The notes under the pieces were generated by a model that had not been told where the DNA came from, did no database searches, and was given only the letters and a program-made list of their open reading frames with translations. From Haplodiscus bocki (taxonomy: Eukaryota), in contig OZ296648.1 of assembly GCA_965655095.1 (NCBI GenBank), forward strand, positions 71,052,001 through 71,116,000: 64,000 bases of DNA, in the 5' to 3' direction. The position numbers and the translations under genes are program-made. Of this stretch, positions 49,347 through 61,600 are shown piece by piece (within the stretch, counting starts at the first letter, position 1; every line of letters begins with the position of its first letter).

Positions 49347-51369
49347 AAAAATTACTTAAACAAAAATGTCTAAAAGAATACTTCACTTTACAGTTATTAG
49401 AATAGTTTTTCAGTTTAATAAAAAACGGCCTGTCCATTTTTAATAGTGATCCATAACTTTTAAAAATAAAAACCAAAGCTGATGAAATAAATGATTTAAA
49501 AAATAAAATATAAAGACATGATCACTGGAAAATATTAAAATCACTTGAAATTGAGAAGGATTATCATGAAAAAATGTTCTAGTTTATTTAAAAACAAATT
49601 TTCAGTCACGATTTTGGAAACCCTAACAAGTGCTGGTAGATTAGCAGTGGGTACTTCTCTGTCTGTGACAAGAATTGAAGCAATCGTAGGTATTCTTATA
49701 GCATGATGTACATCGTTTTCATCCAGTGTTGCAGCATTGATTACAATTGATTATTGTTCAAAACTCAAACTAAGGTATACGGAACTAAAAGATTGGATTA
49801 AAATGATCACCATACTATATGAAGAAACATTAAACAAATCTATGATTGATAAAAAGATTGATAAAAAGAATGAGAAGAATTAAAAAGGATTCATACTCAC
49901 TACCCTGATAAACGCGAAGATATTATGAAAAGTACTGAATTATTTTATCACGAAGTATTTGTTGATATTTTGGGAAAGGATGGTATTACTAGTGATCAAA
50001 CAACTGAACATAATAATTTTTTTGCGAAATTAATGTGAAAATTAATTTTTGTATAAAGATCAATTTGTTTAAACCTAGAAAGAAAAAAACTATTGATATT
50101 GAACCAAGTGCTCCTCCCGAACATGATTTTTAGTGAACAAATGACAAAGATGTGGTGTGTTGGTGGTAGACATTACAGTATTACGATGAATCAGAATGTA
50201 TATGAAAAATTAAACCCTAAAGCTCAAAAAATCGTTAAATTTATTTGGGGTACTTTAGTATTTGTGGTCGAAATAGTTCACAAATTGTTACTAAGTAAAT
50301 CACAAAAGGAGAAGGTTTCTATTAAAAAAGAAGATGTAAAAATTGGCACTATTCACCAATGTCAAATTCAACTTGGTGTGATCTAAATAGTAAGGTTGAT
50401 ATTTTTTTATTACATGATCGTTGTCATCATCCAAAGTGTAAATGTCAAAAGTAATCTACTTTTACTCCAAAACAATTTCAAATGGAAATAGGATCTTTTA
50501 AAAAAAACTAAAATCAGTTTTCCGAGGAGCACAAGCCGCTTGGAATAAAGCTTTCAAAACTGCAGTCAAAATAGCAGAACCGTTTATTGGTGTGACTGTT
50601 GAAGCAAAAAGCAAAAATCCAAAGATTGGACAAGCCACCACAAATTTTTTGAAATCAATTCCAGGAGGTAAAATATTATCACTAACAGATTTGCATGGCA
50701 ATGGGCTGAGATCAAGAGTTTTGTGAATTAAATCAACTAAAGTTTGTCAAGTAACTGAGTAGTTGTAAAAAAGATTTTTATGATTTTGGATCAATTAGAA
50801 AGTGTACAAACTGTGAAAAAATTTCATTGAAATCTTTATTTTATAAAGGTAGAACGAAAAAAGATGGTTTTAGGCCAGAGTGTAACTTTCGTTTTACAGA
50901 GTGTTGTTATGCTAAAAAGATTGATTACTAAACAACCATAAAAGTTGTTATAGAAAGAATCGATCAAAAAAATTTTTGGCAAAAAAGCAAAAGAAAAAAT
51001 TGATTTTTTAATTTCAAATTATCTCGTAAGGTAAGCGCTAGACAAGCAATCAAATCTCAAAGTTTTAAAAAATAAACAAAACTTTTGATTTATCCGGATG
51101 TTCTCCATCATTTTTCAAAAGATGGATCCTTCATCAACTATATTGTGAAATGACTGAATAAAATCATGGTTCTGAAGGGACCGTTGATCCTTGTTATCCT
51201 CTTTCAAAAACTAATTTATCTAATGAAATTGAGATGAGTAAAGCTACTTATCGGATAAACTTGAGACCATTGTTTTGTAGTGAAAATGGTTAAAATGGTT
51301 CTAAAACTGATCATCGATTATACCTATTGCGGGAAATCAAAGCAAAGACTTTTTTAAATATAATTGAAG

Positions 51370-52185
51370 AAGGATATAACGAAGATTTTCATTGATGAGA
51401 TATACAGTGAGCCGCATAAATAGAATTATGAAACAAATGGGACAATGATTAAGTCTATAGATGATGCTTGGTCCTCATATTTATTGGAAATGATTGATTA
51501 TGGTCCTAAAAACAAAAATGATATAGATATATTTTAGTAGTAATCGATAATTTAATAATTTTGGTTGGAGATTTCTTTTGAAGATTAAATTCGCAAAATC
51601 AATATTAGATGCTTTTTCAGAAATTGTTGAAACATCAAATGGTAAACCAAATCACCTCGACAGAGATGATAATAGGGAATATGTTAATAATTTTTTCAGC
51701 AAATTTTTAAGGATTAGTCACATTAAAAGATTTTCTCGCTATACTGATAAGGGAGCTTCATCTGCAGAACGGTTTATTAAATCAATAAGAAATTTTTCGA
51801 CAAAACCAGTGTTTGAAAAAGGAAAAGCTGACTGGTTCATTAAATTACCCTCTGTTATTAACCAATATATTGACACTATTCATAGCTAAAAAAATGGAAC
51901 CAATCAATGCTTCCAAAGAAGCAATTGAAAAATCAGCAGTTTTTTTCTTAGAGACAAGAAAAAAAACGAAAACCAAAATTTAAATTGGGATATTTGGCTA
52001 GAACTCCGTTTTCAGCACTAATTGTAGCAAAGAGTTTTATACAATACCTGAAGTCCTTCATGATACAATCCCTAGCTATAGCATTATATAATTACCCGAG
52101 AGAAATATTAAAAGTTTTTTACTATCAACACAACTATCTCTTGAACAAAGTAATCAAGTTATGAAAAAAATAAACTTAATCAAAA
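51370..52185 (+). pseudogene. rve integrase, copy 2
   Basis: WSSYLLEM, RYILVVIDN, DRDDNREY, SAERF, IDTIHS. Confidence 0.88.
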
Positions 52186-53582
52186 AAACATTGAGAAGGA
52201 ATGCAGCTATCAAAAGATGAAATTACTCAAAAATATAGTCAAAATTCTGGTCTACGCTCTCGAATTAATTAATTACCATATGAATGTAAATGGAATTGTA
52301 TTGCAGGTGGTTACGATATAATCAGTAGAAAAAACGAACTGAGTAAAATTTCAGGAAAAAAAGTAAACTTCATCAATCGATTAAATTATGCTGAACACAT
52401 AATTTTTTCATTTGTATAGATGTATATAAAATATATGAAGGTAAAATTTTTGATAAAACATACGAAGCTCTATCCAAATTAGAAAAAACAGTATCTTAGT
52501 TGAAAAATATAAGAATACGAATGAATATCCTGATTTTGAACAAAATTACTATTCTAGAACAGCTAAAGGTATCTTTAGAAATGGACATGATAGTATTAGA
52601 ATAATGAAATGGTTGGCATTTTACGATAGATATTTCGAAAACATAAACTATTTCGATCTAATGACATCTGTTTCAACTTGTCTGAATGAAATATTATAAT
52701 GATAGATATTATTTGAAAGTGAAGGATAAACGATATATTATCATCCAACTCAAAATGTAATACTAAGACTTCGAGAAGAACCAAATTTTCTCAGAACTCA
52801 ATATCAAGTACAAAACGAAACACAAGTTACTAAAAAAATCAAAAAGTTAATAAAAATATAAATGAGGAAATAGTAGTTAAAAATTATCCTAAAAATAACA
52901 ATCCAAATTTTCAACAACAAAAAATTAACCTTCCTTCAAGCCCTAGTTGTAAGAGAATGAATTGGATTAAATTTGATAAAGGTTAATATTGTTGAAAATG
53001 TGAATTTAATATTAAAAAACAAAAACATCAAAATGATAAAAAAGTTTTTAGACAAGATAGATATTTTTCATCAAAATAACCTTATGCTAAAAAGAGACTA
53101 GAGAAATTTATTATTTCATGGTAAATACCCAAAATCATTCAACACAAGATATGTTTGACAAATCACAAAGTTTAAAAAAAGTTTAAAAGGTGAAACAAAC
53201 TTAAACTTTTATCAAAATATATGTAATTATTATGATGAAATGAAATATAGAAGGCAAAGTGATATTTTTCAATTTGAAGAAGATCCTTTAGGTAAAAAAC
53301 GGAAGGCATTAGCAAGTTTTATCATAGGGTGTTATTATTAATGAAATTTTTACAGACTAAGCCTCAGGTTACGAATATTACTTTTTAATTGTTTTGATTC
53401 GTATTATACTTTTATTAAAAATAGAGATGATGAAAAATTTGTAAATGGGGAATATGATGATTATTTTATACCAAATCAAGATATAGGAAAGAAACCTATT
53501 GAAACATTTTCAAGGTAGACAAAAACGAGATCACAGATTAATCATTTCAAATTTTCTCTTCTATAAAAATAGAGACGTAAAA

Positions 53583-56500
53583 ATGAATAGCTGCAGATAT
53601 GATATATGTCAGAATATTGTTCACAGAGCAATTTATGCTAAACACTTAAGAGGTAAAAAACACATTGAAGATGAGAAAGAGAATTAGATGAATATATCAG
53701 AATAGTTATTTCAAGAACCTATTGATAATAAAATTAAAATTATATATAATACGAAAAAATAAAACAAGTAGCGAAAAATGTTATTCAATTAGATGATAAA
53801 GAAGTATCCAGAAAGATGATAAATCTTTGTTATTTTACTGATAGAGCATTACAAGTTGGTTTTAAAATAGTTTTTGATAGCCATCATATCAATCATTCTA
53901 ATTCTAATTTAGCTATTAATCCAAAATTTCCCGAATTTGGAATTGAACCCCAATATATTAACAAAATCGTGACAGAGATGTCTGTTATTTTTGCCAGATT
54001 AACAACACAATATAAACTCAAGTACCAAACAGTATTCAGGAAAATTTGATGAGCAGGTTGAAAATAATCAAGTATTAGATGAAATTGAAATATATATAAA
54101 CTTAAATATTAATCAGATTTTAGCATAAACTAATCTTGATAATATTAATGTTATGTTTGCATTAGAACAACAAATCCAAAATCAATAAATTGAAGAGTCA
54201 AGTTGGCAATTTGATAAAAATAATTTTTTGACTATATATCTCTATAAAACCGTTGAAATGAATGGATCGAGTTTTGTAAAAACTCCATCGAGAATTTGTG
54301 CTGTAATAAATACTCCAAATGATAATGAATAGTGTTTCCTTTGGTCAATTATAGCTCACCTTCGTTCTATAGCAGATTGAAAAAACGTTCATGCAACAAG
54401 AGTTTCAAATTTTAGACAATATTTTACTGAAATAAACATTCAATGTTTTGATTTTACTATTGGTTTTTAATGTAGTGACGTTCATAAAAGTCAAACAAAA
54501 TTTATACAAAGATAATTGAATTAAGTTTCTATCGAAATCAAAATACTTGGAGACATAAGCTAATCCCTATCGAAATTAGCAAGAAAATGACTCAGAGAGA
54601 GTTTTTGACTTGTTAATCTATAAAAATCGTTATGTTGTCATTAAAAATTTCAATGTATTTTTAGGGATTCATAATTGTAATATTGCTTATAAAAGGTGTT
54701 TCAATTCTTATACATGTCAAAATATGTTAAAGAAACATAAAGAAAAATGTGAACAAAAACAATACATAACTTTTATTTTAACTTAACATGAATCTCATCT
54801 ATATTGGAAGAATCACTTGCAAAATAAATCATTATAATTTAGGATTATTGCAGATTTTGACTCTGATAATGGAATCGATATTTCTAATATAGGTAGAAAG
54901 ACAACTGATGTCTATAACAAAACCCAATACTTAATGGTTACTACATGGTCTCTGAATTGGATGATATTTTAAAAAATGGTTATTATGAATCTCCTGTAGG
55001 ATATAATAGGTTTGTTAATGAGGTTATGAAAATAAAAAATGAAATGGCTTTCCATTCGTAAAAACTAAGAGAGATATCATTTTGACTCATGAAGATGATG
55101 AACATTATAGGAATACTGATAATTGTCGATTTTGTGAGAAAAAAATTGAATCTGATAAAGTGAGATATCATTGTCACTTAACAGGTAAATACAAAAGATC
55201 GGCTCATAAGAAATGTAAATTTTAGGTTGAACAGAAACAAAGTACGTTTTTACCATTCGTATTTCATAATTTTAGTAACTACGATTGTCATCTGTTTTTT
55301 TAGAATTGATTTGATTGAAAAATGATAAAGTAAAATTGATATTTATAACTAAGAGTAACGAAGAACACATTTTTGTGACTTATGGTTGTATGAAATTTGT
55401 TGATAGTTATCAGTTTTTATCATGTAGTTTAAAAGAATTAAGTAAACAGTTATTTGAAGATGGTTTTAATTTTTTCGAGGAAAGTGTTTTCTGATCATTG
55501 GAGAAATTTGAATAAAAACTGGTTTATCCATAAAAATTTTTTAATAGTATCGAAGATTATCGAAAGCCTGTTGATAATTTGAAGAAAAAAAGCTTTCTTC
55601 AGTAAATTAAAAAATGCTTGTCCTGATGATAATGAAATTGAAAGAACAAATCATTTAATGAAACTATGTGATTTTAAAAATGCTGAAGAATTAACCAGAT
55701 TTTACATGAAAACTGGTTTTATTTTGTTGGTTGATGTTTTTCAGAAATTTATAAAAGTATCTACTAAAGAGGATACAGTCAACTCTTTATATTGTGTTTC
55801 TGTATGTAGTTATACTCACCAATGTGGAATTAAAACATACTGGTATTGATTTCCAAACACTACAAGATAAAGTTTTGATTTTGTTATTAGAGAATAATTT
55901 ACGAGGAGGATTAAGCCTAGTTATATGCGAAAGTTATGTGAAATTGGATGGTTATAAAAAGATAAAATATAAAGATGCTATTAATTTACATGGATATTCA
56001 ATGTCGCAAGCATTACCATTTGTTGAAATTAAAATTGAAAAAATTTTGCTGAGAAGATATATTAAATACTTCTAATGATTCAGTTATTGGTTATTCTATA
56101 GAAGTTCATTTAAAATACCCTAATAATATAAAAGAAAAATTAAAAAACTTCCCTCTTGTTCCTTCAAACAAAATATGTTTACAAGATAAATTTAAAGCTT
56201 ATAAAAGTAAACAAAACCTGAAAATTATGTATCAAATAAAATGTTGATTTTTGATTGCACTGGTGAAAAAAAATGTTCGATTCATTATAGGATGTTAAAA
56301 ATTTATGTTAGACATGGAATGAGAGTAGTAAAAGTTCATGAAACCTTTTCAATTGAACAGAGTAAATGGTTAAAGAAATATATAAGTTTTAACACACAAA
56401 AGGGGATTAGGGCTAAAAACATTTTTGAAAAGTATTTCGTTGAACTAATTAATAATGGTTTCCTTGGTCAAATGTTAGAAGATATTATTAATCGAATAAA

Positions 56501-57209
56501 AATAAAATTTATTAAAAATTGTGAAAATGATAAAATCATTAAACAATAATCGAAACTAATGTTCAATGTTATTCATAAGTCATATACAAATTATAGTAGT
56601 TATACTTTCAAACAAAATGAAGTAGTTATGGATAAACCAATATATGTTGGTTTTGCCATTTAAGAACCGAGTAAGTTACATATGTGTGAAACATATTATG
56701 ACAAATTGCATTCACATTTCGACAAGAAATATTCAATTACAATATGTGGATACCGATGGTATTGTAATAAGTATGAATGCAAAAGATATCATCAAAAACC
56801 TAAAAAAGTCTTGAAGACTTATTTGACTTCCGCAATTTGAATGAGAATAAAGAACTATTTAGTAAGAAAGAAACAAAAAAGAGTTTTTGGTAAATTGAAA
56901 TTACAAACTCCTAAAATCATTTGGATAGATGAATTTATTTGTTTAAGAAGTAAAGCTTCTTCTTCTATATGTAATGGTGAAAATACAAACAAAAGAAAAG
57001 GAATTAGAGAATCTTATTCAAAAATTATTAATTTTGAAGTATATAAAAAATGTTCAGATGGAGAAAAACATCAAGGAGAATGTGGAGACTATTTTTTAAT
57101 ATCTGTTAGTCATGAGATCTACCTACAAAAATAAAAAAGTTTAAACTAAACCAATTTGATGTTTAAACGACGTTTTATCAATAATATTAAAAGTAAACCT
57201 TGGAAGCGA
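53583..57209 (+). pseudogene. pPolB, copy 2
   Basis: RIIADFD, VRYHCHLTGKY, HNFSNYDCH, LRGGLS, DAINLHG, ELINNGFLG, YVDTDG (56743-56760). Confidence 0.93.
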
Positions 57210-57839
57210 TGGTATAATTTTACAATTTCACCTAATCTTAGAAATTAACTTTACTTTAGAGTTTCAATTTTGGTTCCAACTCAACATAAACTCACATTTT
57301 CACCTAATTCAATAATTTAACACAATTTTACAACCTAACATAATTTTTTAATTTCACTCAAGTTTCGAATAGTGCATAAAAACGCATATGAGGTTAGTCG
57401 CAGGGGCTCGCACATTTCAACAAAAAATGAAAAGAAAGAAAATCATAGCCAAGTTACCCTACGCAAAGTATATGTAGATTTTATATTTCTGTTATATTAT
57501 TCAAACACCTAGTTGAAACTATATATTTTGATTTCTTTGATATAGTGTAATTTCATTTGAAAAATAACCGTTTCGTGTGAATTTTACTTAGTTTTCACTG
57601 TTCTTTTAAATTTTACAATTCCAATTTCACATAATATTGTAAAATAACATAATTTTATAATTTCACTTAATTTTACATTTTCAATTTAACATAAATTCAT
57701 ATATTCACTTACTTTTTTGCCTGTGCTGTGTTACCCCTTTATTAAAAAGTTATTTTTTTGTTTCTTTTTATACTTAGGCTCCGGTGTAGGGATTCTGGTA
57801 TATTTTTTTTTAAATGTGCGGCGCGCTCGGTTGGCCTCA

Positions 57840-58648
57840 AAAAACGCCCGAAATTCATATCTTTAGTTAAAAATTGAATTTTTGCTCATGGTTTTTTTCC
57901 TAGCGCATACCTCAAAACGTAGGGTCACATGTCGCATATCAAAGAAGAGGTGTCGGACTCGGGGCTATTTTTTTTGTTTTTACTAACTTTTCAAGGAATT
58001 GGACCTTGCCAAAAAACACTTTTTTCTGCCGGCAAGGTCAAAAACACAACTTCTTTTGGAAAATCACATGTTTGTTTTACCAATTGTGAACAACAGAACA
58101 AACATAATTGTCGAAGACTTACAGAAGCACTTACAGCTAAAGAGCAGCTCCAATTCGTTGAGCATCACGTAGGGCCGCTTTTTCTGATCGACCTTTTTCA
58201 GGAAGAACAAAGGGTTTTAGATTGCTTGTCTTTTACTTACAGCCACTGTTTTCGAATTGAATTCAACTTGTCAGATAACATACCAAGAAGTCAATACGTT
58301 TTTGGGGAAGAACTCAAATCGTAAAGTAAACTAATCGAAGAATTAACAAGAAAAACCAAGTTTTATTGATTGCCGAAACTTCTCGGACGCCTTCCCTGTA
58401 AGGTTTCGCAGAAAAAGCAGGAACTCTAATTTTTCAAACTTTCCATATGTAAAACGGCAGCCAGTTGGCTTGAATCAATTTTTTCCTCTGGTGTCAGTGG
58501 TTTTCTAACACCAGTACATAAAAGCAGTAATCGGGAGCGTTTACTGTGTTTTTGTTCGTTTTGGGTGAAACAAGATAGTTTCTCTCAAAATTTGGAATGT
58601 TCTCAACTTTGAATACCTGTGGACTTTGAATGCACAGGCCCCGTTTTA
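57840..58648 (+). repeat. ~810-bp direct repeat, copy R2
   Basis: AACGCCCGAAATTCATATC...GAATGCACAGGCCCCGTTTT. Confidence 0.9.
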
Positions 58649-61600
58649 GTTTCGCAAGTCATGGAGACGCTTTTGTGATGTTTTAGCGATGTGAAAGTTT
58701 GATGTTCTGTCATTTTTAGCCATTTCAATTCAAAATTTTGGCAACGAAACTTGCACAGATTGTTTTTGGCGGAAATTTTAAAGGCGCTGACTCACGGCTT
58801 ATAAAGAGGCTGAGCCTGGTATGTGTCAAACTTTTCCAAGTGTCTTCAAGTCAACGATCCTTTTGTCTATGTTTTTTTTTGCAGAAATTGTAACAGCGTT
58901 AGAAGTTCTTTTCCGAAAATGCCTATATATCAGCATCAATGGTACCCCGATGGATTTTTTCTGAATAACTCGAAAACTCCGTGTGCCAAAATCAAACTGA
59001 AAAGGGTTTGGTTGGTTAATTTTTTTTGCCGAAACGACGCGACAATTCGGAATTGTTCACTAATTTTGTGATTTCGCAACTCTGTAAACTGCATGAATGA
59101 AGTCTGGTGATTTCGTATTGCTTGTGAGTGGTTAATAGAAGATACAAAAAGTTTTCTGACCTCCGGAAAAAAGCCAGAATTTTGATTTTCTTTCCGAAAA
59201 AAAAGAATTTTCTATAGAAACGTGTCTTCGTTGCCGGTCCAGCTCTCAGCGCAACTGTGCTCCTTTATAAAAACAAGGTTAGTTTTTAGTTTTTAGTTTC
59301 GAAATTCTTTTTCTCAGGACTTTTTGGATAGTTGGAGTTTTCTAAGAAAATGTTCATAACTGCCATGATTCGTCGAAAAGTTCCCTTCAATGACTCACTT
59401 GTTTTTTTTGCAAAATTCACGAAGCAGCTATCTCAGAGTGTACCAAAAAGCAACCGAACATGCTGCTAACTATTTACTCGCATCCGCGTCGCAGCGTTAA
59501 AGGCGAAAGTTTTTCAACTGCCGAGTCTTTGACGAAATTTTTCTTTATCAAAAGAATTTTTTTTGACGTAAAACAGACCTGTTTCAAGTGTCAACTCTTC
59601 GTCAGATGATACATTCGGTCGATTATCGGACTCCTCCAAATTGCTTCAAAATGCTTCTGAAGCAACTCACCTGCTGCGTGTTTTGTTAAACAGGAATTAG
59701 CTCAAAACAGTTACGCGCAGATGGAAAGTGTTTCATCTTTTCGAGTTTTGAAAAATATGCTGACCTCATTCATTTGCTGTGGATGCCAGTTTTTCTCTGG
59801 GCAGCATTTGGACGCTGTGAATATTTGTTCTAAAGTTAATTCCCGGCAATTCAAATAGACAGGGTTTTTTTCGATAACTAGTTTTGATTACAAGTCAATT
59901 GATTCTAGTTATAGTTTTGGCTATCATAAAAAGTATCACTGCTACGCTTTGAACTACAAGGTCAGTCAACCTGTGATTGGCCGGGAAAAGTTTCAAGCCT
60001 TTCGCTAAATTTTTAGGGAGGCAACACCGTACTATTTAGATGATTACTTTACCAGGAATAAAGTATCGCAAGCTTGCAATACCGTTCAGAGGTTTTTGTG
60101 TCTAAATTGAAAAAAGATTTCAAATTTGTCTGGTTAGTTGATAAAAGTTGATCACACAATGGTTTCTAATCGTAGAGCTACGCAAATAGAAAAACGAGTA
60201 TTAGTTGGAGGGCAACTTGACCAATATGAATCTGTGAATAAAACTGTTTTGTTAATCTAAGATCACGCTATCTCTCTTAATATACAGAAACTTGATAAGC
60301 AAACTATTGAAAAAACATATCTGATCACTTCCGGGAGAAATTGATGTTTGGTTTTAACCTTAGACGTTAAAACCCGAAATGCAACACCAGTGGCAGTAAA
60401 TTTTATTTTAATTCAACTGTTTGAATGGTGGGCAAGTCCAACTAATATGTTGTTTCTATTGCTCCAAAGAGATTAGTTAACAACATCGATTTAAGTAATC
60501 CGAGAATGAACAATCCCAACAAGCTATTGTTCTTGGCCACCTCGAGAGTAAACAATCGTCGTAAAATAGATACTGAAAACGATGCAACTCATGTCAAATT
60601 TTATACAAGACGACAGTATCTTTGATAAAAAAACAACTCTCAATAGCAGGGCAAACAACACAATAACAGAAAGTTTCACACCAGACAAGGCCTTCACTGG
60701 TTATCAGTACAATGAACCACTCATCAATTCACTTCACAGTTGTTAACTTTTTTAAACACTGCACTGGATTTTTTTAAAAAAGCAAGAAGCGCAGTGACAC
60801 TGGGACGTTTTGTATCAAAGGGGGTGTGGAAATGATTGATCAAACAAAGAACAAGTGGTTTTCGATTGACACCGTGTCGGAAGACTTTCAAGCCTCTATT
60901 TTCATGTTTCAGTCCCTAATTTGTAGTTTTCTAAAATTATCAGTTGATGGTAGAAATGCATTACACCTGCGGAAGAAGTGTTATATAGCAGCAGAGTTTT
61001 AAAAATTAATGAGTTTAAATAACGACAAAATGAAAACAGCAATTCTACCTCGGCGCATCAAAAAAAAATCTGTTGATTGTGCAAAATTCAAACAATTTCT
61101 TTTCGAAGACCCCTCGACAGATAAGAGGCTACCAATTAAAACCTCGATGGGAGAAGTCAAGGCCACAGTTATGCAGAAATGAAACATTGGATAGGTTAAA
61201 TCTAGTATAAATCTGTGGCTTTTTTAGACTATCGCTATAAAGAAACATCACTTTTCTATTGTGTAGTCCTCCTCAATTAAAGATGTGTTGCCTCAGCCCT
61301 GTTCTCAATGACAGAAGTCAAGCTCGTAGTTGAGGAGGTATTTTAGTTTGAAAAGCTAGATGCAAAATAATAAAAAACAATTTCGGCAATCTCATGTTAC
61401 GAATCAGAAGGAAATGAAACAGATGGGTATTAGAGGATCATTAGTAGGCTCGCAAAAGCAACTGCTCAGAAACCAAAAGAGTCGTAGCATCGTCTTCAAA
61501 ATCAAATCTCGGTAAACCACGGATTTGACAAAGGTCTACGTTTTTAAAAAGAATTCGAAACAGATCGAATTTAATCAATTTTCTTGATAACTTATGTTAA

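Larger units (their letters stand above)
49347..57839 (+). mobile_element. 5'-truncated duplicate of the Polinton (equivalent to about 38995-48013)
   Basis: Same gene order from the hydrophobic-hairpin gene through pPolB and the right TIR. The TIR stops at GGCCTCA, lacking the last ~22 bp; no left TIR or TSD. Confidence 0.92.

Noticed and set aside
34158-57839. Active virus, or alternative genetic code explaining the stops
   Set aside because: Stops are of all three types and accompanied by many frameshifts and catalytic-site substitutions, which indicates neutral decay.
48538-58648. R1/R2 as LTRs of a retroelement that captured a Polinton fragment
   Set aside because: No TG...CA ends, PBS, polypurine tract or TSD. 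The pattern is explained more simply by tandem duplication of the Polinton end plus flank.
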